Shown one piece after another: positions 1-11,873 of a stretch of DNA of 64,000 nucleotides (within the stretch, counting starts at the first letter, position 1; every line of letters starts with the position of its first letter). The DNA comes from Eledone cirrhosa (Eukaryota): the NCBI GenBank assembly GCA_964016885.1, contig OZ024741.1, positions 99,510,001 to 99,574,000 on the forward strand. Direction: 5' to 3'. The notes below the pieces were generated by a model that saw only the letters and a list, made by a program, of their open reading frames with translations, was not told the origin of the DNA and ran no database searches. The position numbers and the translations under genes are program-made.

Positions 1-624
1 GATGGCTTCCATCGACAAATGACAAACGAGTAAACACCAAAAAGGTTCTCTGTATGTATGGCGGGTGCGTATTTATTTTTCATGTCAAGGACAATCTATT
101 TTGTTTTGGGATTTTTTAATCTTTTTCATGTAAAACAAAAATGCATTCGTTTAACCTCAGACAAATACATTTCCGGGTAGTTACATGGTGAACTGTATAT
201 TGAAAATTAGTATAACAGTTTTTGTGAGCTCATAAGTGACTGAAATCACCATTCCGCGATGTAATTATTCCAGTTTCGATCAAAGAACTCACCAAGCAAA
301 TAAAAACGCCAAGTGTCCTTAGCTCCTACTAAAGTTGTAGTGAATCCGTCCTGACACACAGCGTGCCTTGGGAATGTTGTGAAGCTCATCCCTCTCCATG
401 TCGTAACGTAGCCGATTTATTCTATAAAAAGAGGAAGAATCGACCTCAGTACTAAATTAGTACTTTATTTATCAAACCCGAAAAGAAGGAAAGGCAAAGT
501 AAACCTCGTCGTGATTTCCACTCAGTGTTGTGAGCCGAACAAATGCCGAAGCATTTTTAATCCGATGCTCTTACAACTACCAATTCGCCGCCAAGCCAAT
601 CACGTACATACTCCGAAATAATGG

Positions 625-815
625 TTTCTGATTTAGGCACAAGCCCAACAATATTGGGTGGGGGTGGGGGAGTCGATTAAATTGACTCCAGTGGGTTACT
701 GGTACTTTATTTTATCGACCTCGTAAGGGTGAAATCCAAAGCTAACCTAGGCGGAATTTGAACTCAGAACGTAAAGGACCGTAACTCAATGCTACAAAGC
801 ATGGCGTCCAACTCT
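625..815 (-). mobile_element. tRNA-related SINE, family A (old copy)
   Basis: CTGGTACTTTATTTTATCGACC and GGCGGAATTTGAACTCAGAACGTAAAG are the reverse complement of a core found more than 10 times in the window; includes a B-box-like GAGTTCAAAT. A further copy lies at ~440-590. Confidence 0.8.
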
Positions 816-1140
816 CTACTGAAATAATATAATATAATCAAATTTACATCACCAGTTGAAAAAATATCAGATGTGTGTGTATAGATTATATACAATCCTT
901 AGTGCAAGTAACCTTTATATACAACGAGTCAACGAAAGACCACCTAAGTAGTCACTCGATCTAATATAAATAGCAACTAAATTTCCCTCATATTACACTA
1001 AATAATGTAGTTCTAGATGTACTATGTCTGAAAAAAAGGCGGATTTATCTTGACTTGACTTGTGGTTGACTATAGGCTTCTTGCTTTCATTAATATAGGT
1101 TGAATTGGAGTTAACATAGCCGATAAAACCCATTTCAGAA

Positions 1141-2606
1141 GAAATGACAATACTGTCGCTGTTATTACCCAGTGAGTGTCCTAACTATTCAACAAGTCAC
1201 ATCTCAATAAAATTGGCAATACTATCGCTGTTATTACCCCGTGGATGTCCTAAATATCCAATAAGTTACATCTCAGTAGACATGACAATGCTATCGCTGT
1301 TATTACCCCCGTGGGTGTCCTAAATATACAATAAGACACATCTCAGTAGACATGACAATACTATCGCTGTTATTACCCCGTGGATGTCCTAAATATCCAA
1401 TAAGACACATCTCAGTAGACATGACAATACTATCGCTGTTATTACCCCGTGGGTGTCCTAAATATCTAATAAGATATATCTCAGTAGACATGACAATACT
1501 ATCGCTGTTATTATCCCGTGGGTGTCCTAAATATCCAATAAGACTCATCTCAGTAGACATGACAATACTATCGCTGTTATTACGCCGTGGATGTCCTAAA
1601 TACCCAATAAGACACATCTCAGTAGACATGACAATACTATCGCTGTTATTACCCCGTGGATGTCCTAAATATCCAATAAGACACATCTCAGTAGACATGA
1701 CAATACTATCGCTGTTATTACCCCGTGGGTGTCCTAAATATCCAATAAGATACATCTCAGTAGACATGACAATACTATCGCTGTTATTACCCCGTGGGTG
1801 TCCTAAATATCCAATAAGACACATCTCAGTAGACATGACAATACTATCGCTGTTATTACCCCGTGGATGTCCTAAATATCCACTAAGACACATCTCAGTA
1901 GACATGACAATACTATCGCTGTTATTACCCCCGTGGATGTCCTAAATATCCACTAAGACACATCTCAGTAGACATGACAATACTATCGCTGTTATTACCC
2001 CCGTGGATGTTCTAAATATCCAATAAGACACATTTCAGTAGACATGACAATACTATCGCTGTTATTACCCCGTGGATGTCCTAAATATCCAATAAGACAC
2101 ATCTCAGTAGACATGACAATACTGTCGCTGTTATTATCCCGTGGGTGTCCTAAATATCCAATAAGACACATCTCAGTAGACATGACAATACTATCGCTGT
2201 TATTATCCCGTGGGTATCCTATTAATCCAATAAGACACATCTCAGTAGACATGACAATACTATCGCTGTTATTACCCCGTGGATGTCCTAAATATCCAAC
2301 AAGTTTCATCTCAGTAGAAATGACAATACTATCGCTGTTATTACCCCCGTGGATGTCCTAAATATCCACTAAGACACATCTCAGTAGACATGACAATACT
2401 ATCGCTGTTATTACCCCGTGGGTGTCCTAAATATCCAATAAGACACATCTCAGTAGACATGACAATACTATCGCTGTTATTACCCCGTGGATGTCCTAAA
2501 TATCCAACAAGTCTCATCTCAGTAGAAATTAGGATACTAACACAGTTATTATCATGTGATATCAAAATTAGCCAATGAGATCCAACTGAATACAAATTAC
2601 AACAGT
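1141..2606. repeat. 69-bp minisatellite, about 20 copies, degenerate at both edges
   Basis: Unit GACATGACAATACTATCGCTGTTATTACCCCGTGGATGTCCTAAATATCCAATAAGACACATCTCAGTA repeated head-to-tail, with an occasional extra C in the C-run. It explains the 23-aa-periodic ORFs on both strands. Confidence 0.97.
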
Positions 2607-2953
2607 TCTTTTTCTTACTTGCCTACTTATTCCTGGGAGGGTCGAGAAGAAGAGTCCACAAGCACGCCATGCAGCAGGTCCTGTCAGAAGCAACTGTCTC
2701 CAATTGATCCGGCTGGATCCCCAAGCGAGACCAGCCGGGTTCATGGATGTTATCCAACCATCTTGCTCGAGGTCTACCCTTGGGTCTCCTGCCGCTTGAT
2801 TTTGCCTGTAAAATCTGACAGCGATTCTTTCCTTAGATATTGTAACCGTATGTCCATAGTATCGGAGTTGTGATCTCTTAATTCGGAGAAGTTGCGGCAC
2901 TACCTGGAGCGACTCTCTGATCCCCGAGCTACACACTCTATCGAGTAACGTTT
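2607..2953 (-). mobile_element. RTE-like LINE, 3' end (ORF C-terminus, short 3' UTR, GAA-rich tail)
   Basis: Minus strand reads TLLDRVCSSGIRESLQVVPQLLRIKRSQLRYYGH followed by a frameshifted G-R-R-P-x-G-R-P-R-x-R-W motif typical of RTE C-termini. Homologous to 12742-13028. Confidence 0.85.
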
Positions 2954-3515
2954 CTGCAGCAGGTCTTTGAGAAATCGTGGGAATATTGCCAAGCGACGTA
3001 TGCTCGTTTCGTAGACCCCGAAAAGGCATAATATGACTGCATACCACGGAACCTGTTGTAGAAGGTTCTGCAGGAGTATAGGATCGATGGACAGATTCTT
3101 GTTGCGCTGATATCTCTATACAAATGCCTTAGTATTTGTCGGATAAATGATGCTGTCGAAATCATCCAGTATGGGTGTAGAACTCTGCGAAGGGTGCGGA
3201 CTGTCACCTCTCCTGTTCATAATCTTCATAGATATGATAGACATGCGCAGCCGGGTTGGAAGTGGTATCAAGACTGGCAGGTGTAGAATAAGTCGGTTGG
3301 AATTTATGGACGACATGGTATTACTTAACTCGTCAGAAGTTGATCTCTGACATTTGATTTTTTTTTTTTAATCATTGCCTCGAAGATTGAGACACACGTT
3401 AATTCAAGGAATCATGCGAAGTGCACTCTACATGTGAGTGGAGCTCCACTGAAAAATGTGAAGAAGTTCAAGTATCTTGGGGCCATGTTCATGAGTGATG
3501 GAAGGCAAGAGGCTG
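2954..3515 (+). pseudogene. Decayed reverse transcriptase domain of the same RTE-like LINE (inverted segment)
   Basis: LQQVFEKSWEYCQATYARFVDPEKA-YD, then EGCGLSPLLFIIFID, then LEFMDDMVLL (FADD equivalent), then KKFKYLG; contains stops and frameshifts. Confidence 0.88.
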
Positions 3516-3615
3516 AATTACTATACTAACGCCATTATCATGCGATGTCTTAATAGCTAATAAGATCAAACTCAATAGAAATTACAATACTAACGCTGTT
3601 ATTATCACAGGTTGT
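3516..3615. repeat. Degenerate continuation of the 69-bp minisatellite beyond the LINE
   Basis: CTCAATAGAAATTACAATACTAACGCTGTTATTATC matches the unit with mismatches. Confidence 0.7.
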
Positions 3616-3889
3616 CATAAAGAAGTTTCACCTCCACTAAACTCCTAAAAACATAGTTTACAATAAGACTGATTCAGCTAATTTTATTTTATATACATTT
3701 CTTTCCGGTATACAAGCACTATTTTAAATTGTATCATATACACTATCCTACTATCTCTATCCATGGTTTCTGCTACATTCCTATTTCTTATACTTAAAGA
3801 TTGTGAACCTATGAAATTATCAAACATATGTAATCTACTTCTAAGACTCCATAATATTCTAACTAGATCTTTCAACAACCTACATTGAA

Positions 3890-4030
3890 GGTAGCAAAAT
3901 GGCAGAGTAGTTATAGCGTTGGAAAGTAAATCTTATGGCATTCAATGTAATCCTCTGCACTCTGGGTTCAAATCCTGCTGGGTCAACTTTGATCTTCATC
4001 CATTTGGGTTCGATAAAATAAAGTACCAGC
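3890..4030 (+). mobile_element. SINE family A
   Basis: TGGCAGAGTAGTTA (A-box-like), GGTTCAAATCC (B-box-like), then GATAAAATAAAGTACCAG. Confidence 0.75.
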
Positions 4031-4262
4031 CCATGGCGGTGATTTGGCGGCATTACTTGAACGTCGAATGAGTTGCCTAGCAGCATCTGTTCCAACTCTT
4101 TGCGTTCAGAGTGTAAATTCCGCCTAGCGTTTCAAATCCCACCGATGGCTAGAGCTTAGCAACGTGAAATGAAGTGTTTTGCTTAAGAGCACAATGCGCC
4201 ACCTGGTCTAAGAATCGAACACATGACATTACGATTGTAAAGCCAATACCATATCCTTAAAC

Positions 4263-4558
4263 CAGTGGTTCCTAGCCATTTGTGCACCATGCCCCATCCC
4301 AACACCTAAAAAATTGTTATGCCCCCTTTGGTATGAAAACAACGATGTTCAACTGCAAAGTGTAAACAAATTGACGTATATGTGGTGCCAGATGCACAAT
4401 AACATATGTGGAGGAGGTGAGACAGGAGTTTCTGACTAATGTCCTAAAGTTGCCTTCGTGTAAAAGTAATAAGGTAAAACCTGAAGTTTGTTCTCGTTAA
4501 CATCATTTTCAAATTTCTCCCTTAAATATTCACATTGACACCCAGTGGGGAATCACTG
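4263..4558. mobile_element. hAT (Charlie-like) MITE
   Basis: TIRs CAGTGGTTCC and GGAATCACTG; 8-bp flanks CCTTAAAC / CTTTAAAA (6/8 identical, TA-centred). Confidence 0.7.
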
Positions 4559-5397
4559 CTTTAAAAGAACATGCTGCTCCTGGCTTTGATCCTAGGCTTA
4601 TTTGTTCTGAGCTGACTTACATGTCAACACAATGCTAAAACAAAGCAAAATGTACACTGGTTTACACAGAGTAGTGTTTCTCGGGGCTGGAGTATTGCCA
4701 CAATAGATTGTAACCTTGGGATTTGACGATTACTTCCACGTTATATGTTTGTTCCATCAAGTTTGACAGCAACAGTAACTATAACAACAACACCAGCAAC
4801 AACACAGCAACAATAACAAAAGTAACAAGGTTAGATACAACGTTTATCTTAATGTAACTACGACTAGCTTAGTAGAATTGTGCCAAGAATTGGTAGAACA
4901 TCTGGCTAAATGCCTTACACCTTGCAATTTTGTCCCTTTGTGTTCTGAGTTCGAATCCAGGTTCTTGCACATAACACACACACACACACAGAGAAAGAGG
5001 GAGAGGCACACACACACAGAAAGAGAGGCACATACACACACAACTCCGATGGTGTGAGCACCTCTATTCTCGTTATGACAACTCACGGATTCCGTGGCAA
5101 TGAAAGCGTCTTGGAGTAGTTGGCATTTTCAGTCGAACACACAGATACAAATATGCACATGCAAACGTGTGCGTGCAGAGAGAGAAAGAGTGAGATGCAC
5201 ACTCACACATAAATACAGAGAGGAGAGAGTTAAAGGAGGAGAGGGGGTGACAGACAATGAACGAGAAGCAAGATATCAGATCTTGCTGGTCTCACAGCAG
5301 CAGCAGTGGTAGCGGCAGTAGAAGTAATATCAGTGGTAGTACAAGTAGTAGTAACATTACAGACACAATATAGAGCAAGTAGCCACACTAGCGGAAG

Positions 5398-5398
5398 C

Positions 5399-5484
<86 letters not shown>

Positions 5485-5545
5485 CAGCAGTAGTAGTAGT
5501 AGTAGTACTAGTAGTAGCAGTAGTAGTAGTAGTAGTAGTAGTAAT
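5398..5545. repeat. (TAG)n microsatellite within a wider degenerate triplet tract (5295-5735)
   Basis: Directly visible; source of the poly-Ser ORF. Confidence 0.95.
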
Positions 5546-5759
5546 AGTTGTTATTGTTTATGTTGTAGCCGTAGTATTTGTAGTATCAGTAACCACACTA
5601 GTAGCACTAGACTCACTAGTAGTAGTAGTATGTGTAGTATCAATAACATCACTAGAAGCAGTAGTATGTGTAGTAGCAGTAGTATCGCTAGGTGCAGAGA
5701 AACAGCAGTAACAAGAGCAACAGTAGCAGTAGCCACACTTTAGTTACCTTAGTCTATCT

Positions 5760-5875
5760 CAGGCATGGGTAACCATTTCCGAGCAGTGAGCCGCATAGGG
5801 GGACGACTCTACTAAAAATTCAAGGCAATCTTGAAATTAGGCGTGCCATTCAGAAGGCCAAACAGGCCCATGACT
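5760..5875 (+). mobile_element. hAT-like transposon terminal fragment
   Basis: Starts CAGGCATGGGTAACC; CTACTAAAAATTCAAGGCAATCTTGAAATTAGGCGTGCCATTCAGAAGGCCAAACAGGCC recurs inverted at ~48640-48780. Confidence 0.65.
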
Positions 5876-6039
5876 TATCTATCTAATACGTCGTGCCAGA
5901 TGGAAGGACAACGTCCCATCGAATGCTAAAGAATAGAGGGCAAGCTCCCAGCAAACTACATCACAATTTCAATCCCCAGTTGAAGCCCTCACATTTAAGT
6001 TTATTTTAACTGTTAATGATATGGTGAAACACCACTATA

Positions 6040-6190
6040 GGTGATGAAATGGCAGAGTCGTTGGAACGTCGGATAGAATACTTTGTGGTATTTGTTCCTG
6101 TTCTCCGTGCTCCGAGTTGAAGTTCTGTTGAGGTCAATTTTGCCTTTCATCCTTTCGAGGTCATTAAATGGAGTACAAGTCCAGTATTAG
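6040..6190 (+). mobile_element. SINE family A (diverged)
   Basis: TGGCAGAGTCGTTGG followed by GAGGTCAATTTTGCCTTTCATCCTTTCGAGGTC. Confidence 0.7.
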
Positions 6191-6196
6191 GATCAA

Positions 6197-6234
<38 letters not shown>

Positions 6235-6378
6235 ATATATATATCCAGAAATAGCCGTCGAAACGGCTTGAACTGTCGGGGTCATACTTGTTCCTATTAC
6301 CCACTCTACTACCCTAGGTATTGAGTACTTTGGTGCGTTATGGTCCATCTGGTTCCTTACCACAATTCCTTCGTTATT

Positions 6379-6396
6379 GAGAGAGAGAGAGAGAGC

Positions 6397-6489
<93 letters not shown>
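6379..6489. repeat. (GA)n microsatellite
   Basis: Directly visible. Confidence 0.97.
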
Positions 6490-6493
<4 letters not shown>

Positions 6494-6869
6494 AAAGAAC
6501 AAAAGAATTCGAATAAGTTCAGGACTAGACCGATAGGTTCCGCCAGGTTTAAATACTCGAGACACATCATATTAAACGACGGTGCCCTTACGACACCTTC
6601 TGGAGTTAAGGACCAATGGATATTGTGAAAGCCACGAAATGTTTACTTATCTTTTATCTCTGTCGATACCTTTGAAGTAAAGATAATACCGTTGTTGTAT
6701 GTTTAAAAGAGAATTGGGCAGAAACAATAGTACATCAAACGAAATACCTTGCAGTGTTCAATTACAACTCTGCTTTCAAAATTCACATTGCTTGAGATCA
6801 ATATAAAATCGACTGCACCCTCCCTACAAAAAAGTTCGATTTCTGGGCCGTCAGGCGTTTTGTGTTATA

Positions 6870-9800
6870 TCTTATATATAAAATTTGGGTGTTGTTTGTT
6901 TGTTTGTTTGGTGTCCCGAACTTGCAGGCTACACCGTTCATCCGATTTTCATGAAACTTGACACATATATAAAACTCGACCCGTAGATTGAAGTAGGCTA
7001 CTTGAAATTTTCGAAAAATCGATAATCGGGCCCCCAGAAGCCAAAAATCAATATTTTCAAAAATCGTCCGATTTCGATGAAACTCGACGCAAGTGTGTCG
7101 AAAAGTTTTCGAAAAATCGATAATCGGACCCCCAGAGGCAAAATTCCGGCAACCGAAAAACGCCATTCTTCTTGCTTCCATTTGTCGCGACTCCCGCCAT
7201 GCAAAAAACGTTCAATCTATCAGGATTATCCACCGTAAGTCTCTTTAAATTAACGCTCACCATATTCAGCAAACCTTTTATGCCGATTCTTCCATTTCTT
7301 ATATAAGGACTATCAAGACTATACCACTGCGCATCATCCTGTATTGCGCCCAGGCTTCTCAAGCGATCATCGAGCCTCCATGCGCTCCCTTCATTCCCGT
7401 GGTCCCACTACCGTAGCATAATGAGGCATCCGTCAACCCCTGTCCTCTCCCTTCTCTGCACGCCGTCGACCCACTACATCGCTGTGCATCACCATGCGCA
7501 TCTCTGCCCTGTCGGCCGCAATTCATTCCCCGGCCCTTTCCATTGCCTGCCCTCCGTGGTCCCTAAGGACTGCCACGGCTCAACATGCCGAATCCCTGCC
7601 ACCGTCCATCCCTGCCCATTTCCATTGCCTACACTCCGGGAGAGCTTAAGACTTCCATGCCTGACCAAGCCGCATCCCTGCCACCGTCAAACCCTGCCCT
7701 CTCCCTTCCCTGCACGCCGTCGTCCCACTGCATCGTCATGCCTCACCATGCCGCATTACTGCCCTGTCGGCCACCATCCCCTCCTCAGCCCTTTCTTTTG
7801 CCTGCCCGCCGTGCTCCTTCAAGACTGCCATGCCTAACCAAGCCGCATCCCTGCCACCGTCAACACCTGCCCTCTCCCTTACCCGTACGCCTTGGTCCCT
7901 CACGACTGCCATGGCTCACAATGCGGCATTCCTGCCCTGTCAGCAACTTGCTCAAATGTCATCAGCATGGTTTATTCCTGCGCCGCACATAACCGCCCAT
8001 TATCTCAGACCAAAGACAGCACCAAACATGAAGACGATTCTGTGTAAGTCTTTTTACATTCATTTTGAACATATTTAACAAAATTAAACAAAAATTCATC
8101 CCTTTCTCCTCCAAAGCCTACCGATCATGTATGGCCGATAAACATCCTGCCTTTCACCCGGTTTTCTCAAACAATCATCGTGCCTCCCGGTGCTCTCTAC
8201 ATTCCCGAGGTGCAACTCAATTGGCATGCCGCATCCACGCCCTGTCATCCGCCATGCACCCTGCCCTTTCGTCATGCCTCATCATGTTGCATCCCTGCCC
8301 TGTCAGCCGCCATCCGCTCCCCGACCCTTTCCACTGCCTAGGCATGGAAGTCTTGAGGGACAAGTCGCATCCCTGCCACCATCAATCCCTGCCCTCTTCG
8401 TTCCCTGCACGCCGTCGTCCCACTGCATCGTCATGCATCACCATGCCGCATCAATGCTCTGTCAGCCGCTATCCCCTCCTCGGCCCTTTCTTTTGCCTGT
8501 CCGCAGTGCTCGTTCAAGACTGCCATGGCTCACCATGCGGCATCCTTGCCACCGTCCACCCCTGCCCTCTTCCTTGCCTGCTGGCCGTCATCCCACTGCA
8601 TCGTCATGCCTCAGGATGCCGCATCCATGCACTGTCAGCCACCTCCTCGGCCCTTTCTTTTGCCTGACCGCCGTGCTCCTTCAAGACTCCCATGGCTATC
8701 TATGCCGCATCAATTCCTTGCCACCCGCTTAAACGTCATCAGCATGGCTTATTGTTGCCCCATTTGACCACCGATTTTCGCAAGCTAAATACAATACCAA
8801 GGTGCACGATAGTCCATGGTAAATCTGTTTAATTACATGTTCATCATGCTAAGTAAAGGATGAATAGAAACTCTTTCATTTCTCCTGACATGCCTTTCTG
8901 TCAATTATGGCCGAGAAGCATCCTGTGAAGCATCGCGTCTTCTCAAGCGATCAGCGTGCCTTCGACTGTCTTCACAATTGACTCACAACGCCGCATCTAT
9001 TCCCTGCAACGCCCCTAAACATCATCAGCATGGCTTATTTTTCTGCCGCGTTTAACCGGCCCTCATTCTAGACCATAAACAACATAACCGCACGATGCTG
9101 CGTAAGTCTATTTAAATTAATGGTCAACATGTTCAGCAAAACAATTGTACCAATTCTTCCTCTTCACCGTCAAGGCCTATCCATTACATCTTAGAGGTCG
9201 GGGTTCGCAATTTCTACGATTTCAATATTGACACAACAGTCCGTCAGGTTTTTCGGCACATTTTTGCTCCGATAGGAATATCAACGTGATTTTCACTTAA
9301 TTCGTAAGTGTTCAGTCTTCCGTAAGCTTTTATTTTTTATTGATACAACACCGACTACAATCATCTAACTTCACTTTGTAGGCTAGACGCGAATCACAAG
9401 GAAAACAATCCTCTGATATACAACCCCACCAAATTCTTTGGTCTACCTAGATTTCAATGGCTATATCCTTTGCTTTTGTACGGTTGTACATTTGACAATG
9501 TCGCAAAACATTATTCCACTTGATTCTTACCTTTCAGCTATGAATTGTGCAGTGCCTTAAAATCCCGGTTTATTTGCGTGCAATTTTTTGGTATCTTATG
9601 AATGGAGAATCGAAAACCCTTTTTCTCATAACCTGATACATGCGTTACACATGCTCCATAGATGTTTGTGGACTATATTTTTCTAGATACCAATATCACA
9701 GATTGGAGCACAAAAAGAAACGTTTGTTCTTCATACCATACTTGAAGACACGTTGAGGCTGTTGCAAAGGGCAATAACCCTAGACACAGTTTTGATCAAC

Positions 9801-10370
9801 TTTTTTTCACCTATAGCAAATTTACCGGGACAGGTTTTTAGCTACTCAAATCTACTTCAGAGGTCACGCATTCATGTAAAAAATCAATAAAACTGAAGCG
9901 GGGTTCGACTTTGCGCAAAAAACAAGGCAAATTTGTACATGGGAAAACTTTTTACAGGAACGTCCGATTTTCTTGAAAACTGTCGCAAAAGACTCGCCAT
10001 TATGCCGCGGTTCAGATAAAGTCCCTTTTATTTCTACTTCTGCACATGTGAGCGTGAAAATTGTAAAAAAAAAAAAAAAAATGTGAAAAAATCGACTTTT
10101 TCACCCTGCTTTAAAGATCAAATGTAAATTCAATTTCAAGTGAATTTGACTTCCGTCAGTCGTGCAAAGTACAATTTCAACGATACACTGTGAACCTACA
10201 ATTGATCCATTATTTATGCTCAATTACACACCTGCGTCTACTAACCTCTGTTTTTTTCCTTGAGGTTCGAAGGTTTTTGCACCTGTGATGCGCGGGAAGT
10301 AACTTTCACGCATTTTAACAACAGAGAAAAGGTCGACTTACACCCGGACAACGCCGGGTACTTCTGCTAG
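6870..10370 (+). mobile_element. Non-autonomous Helitron (~3.5 kb) with internal tandem repeats
   Basis: 5' A|TCTTATATATAAAA followed by (GTTT)n; 3' hairpin CCCGGACAACGCCGGG (10343-10358) then CTAG|T at 10367-10370; inserted in an AT dinucleotide with no TSD. Confidence 0.8.
7420..8730. repeat. GC-rich degenerate tandem repeat inside the Helitron (~173-bp period made of two related ~80-90-bp subunits)
   Basis: GCCGCATCCCTGCCACCGTC-like motif at ~7669, 7842, 8366 and 8538; two blocks separated by an AT-richer spacer (7950-8200). Confidence 0.8.
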
Positions 10371-10388
10371 TATATATATATATATATA

Positions 10389-10489
10389 CAGGGTGTTCCC
10401 CCAAAATGTATACACACTTTGATTACCTTCACAGGCAAAATTTATTAGAATGTTGTTGAAGTGTGTGTACATTTTGGGGGGACACCTTG
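10389..10489. mobile_element. ~100-bp Tc1/mariner-type MITE
   Basis: ~30-bp TIRs CAGGGTGTTCCCCCAAAATGTATACACACTT and AAGTGTGTGTACATTTTGGGGGGACACCTTG, flanked by TA. Confidence 0.85.
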
Positions 10490-10502
10490 TATATGTATAT
10501 AT

Positions 10503-10615
10503 ATGGCTGAGTGGCTAGAGAATTGGATTCACAATCTTGAAGTTGTGAGTTCGATTCTTGGACCGGGCGATGCGTTATGTCCTTGAGCAAGACACTTTAT
10601 TTCACGTTGCTCCTT
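10503..10615 (+). mobile_element. SINE family B, 5' part (tRNA head plus conserved core)
   Basis: TGGCTGAGTGG A-box, GAGTTCGATTC B-box, then GTCCTTGAGCAAGACACTTTATTTCACGTTGCTCC shared with 53852-54160. Confidence 0.75.
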
Positions 10616-10709
10616 CTACCTGGAGTTACGACCGCTAGATAGCATTAGCAACTGAAACATTGTTTCCTTGGTCCGATTTGACGAAAGTCGATCGATCCTT
10701 AAATATATA

Positions 10710-11346
10710 TCTATATATATAAAGCTGTGGTTGTCTGTCTGTCTATCGATTTTTGGCACACATCTCCTCTTAGAATCTCTGACGGAATTGCACCGAAATT
10801 GCTATACTTGTACATTGAGCCCTAGCGAAGACATCGGAAAAAAAATATTTCAAATTGACCCACCCTATGTGATGAAATCGAATCTAATGTATCGATTTTT
10901 GAGCGTAAGTGACGAGTTATTTCCCTTTGTTCTGTGTTTACATTTTCTGCGTGCAAAAATTAAAAAAATTACGCTGGCTTTCTCAGCGTTTAAAATGACA
11001 TTAACACAATACACGAACAGTTGTCGAGCCAGCAAAATTTTGACCTGCAAAATTCATCAGTTCGAACACTAAGCTTCCGTTTTGCTTCATTTCCATTTAA
11101 AAGCCTTTTAAAACAATATTTTTACTTGAAAACAAGTCTATTTAAAGACTACGTAAAACAAGCAAATATTTCGTAAAAAAAAGCAAAAATTATATAAGTT
11201 TATTTAAAATATATGTATCTGTAAATTTCGTTAGGCGTGCAGACAGACAGTCGTGCAGACAGACTTTAAGCCAAAAAAGAAATTTAACATTGTAATTTTA
11301 ACACAGCTACTGAGCGCCCCCGAGCAACGCCGGGCTTTACTGCTAG
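10710..11346 (+). mobile_element. Short non-autonomous Helitron (637 bp)
   Basis: 5' A|TCTATATATATAAAG then (GTCT)n; 3' hairpin CCCGAGCAACGCCGGG then CTGCTAG|T. Confidence 0.82.
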
Positions 11347-11670
11347 TATATTATAAATGTGTGTATGTGTGTATATGTCTCCCAAAGGCTCCGAAACGGT
11401 GCATCCTAGAGAAAAACGGTTTTCATTTTCGAAATGCTGCGTCCCAAGGACAATGTTTTAGGGTTGTTAGTTATGAAAAAATAGTAATAGTAATAGTTAG
11501 TAATTGTTATGAGATATAATCAACTTCAAGATCGACAATTTAGAATATCATTAGAATCACAACTGTCAGAATACCTCTCTATATATCTATCTGTCTCTCT
11601 CTGTATTTTACACTTTTCCCCTCTGCATATATCTTTACCACACTCTCTCACTCTCTTTCTATATCTTCTG

Positions 11671-11676
11671 TGGTGG

Positions 11677-11707
<31 letters not shown>

Positions 11708-11868
11708 GCTGGTGGTGGTGGTGCTGGTGCTGGTGGTGGTGGTGAGAGTGGTAGTAGTAGTGGTAATGGTGGTGGGAGTGGTGATGGTGGTAGTAGTAGT
11801 AGTAATAGTAATAGTAGCGGTGGTGGTGGTGGTGGTCGTCGTCGTCGTGATGATGGTAGTAATAGTAA
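11671..11868. repeat. Compound (TGG)/(TAG) triplet microsatellite
   Basis: Directly visible. Confidence 0.93.
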
Positions 11869-11873
11869 GATGG

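Noticed and set aside
1141-2606. CRISPR-like array or repeat protein from the 69-bp repeat
   Set aside because: Units are contiguous with no unique spacers, there are no cas genes, the context is eukaryotic, and the frames are broken by single-C insertions.
5306-6628. Poly-Ser and RE/LS-repeat ORFs
   Set aside because: Translations of (TAG)n and (GA)n microsatellites.
7421-8767. Cys/Pro/His-rich ORFs as a metal-binding protein
   Set aside because: Overlapping ORFs occur in all three frames of a C-rich repeat inside a Helitron; no consistent domain.
9200-9900. Possible Helitron Rep/zinc-finger remnant in the element interior
   Set aside because: Only vague motif resemblance after assuming several frameshifts; cannot be supported without a profile search.
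10503-10570. tRNA gene
   Set aside because: A/B boxes are present but there is no intact cloverleaf, and it runs straight into a SINE core; the same applies to the other tRNA-like heads.
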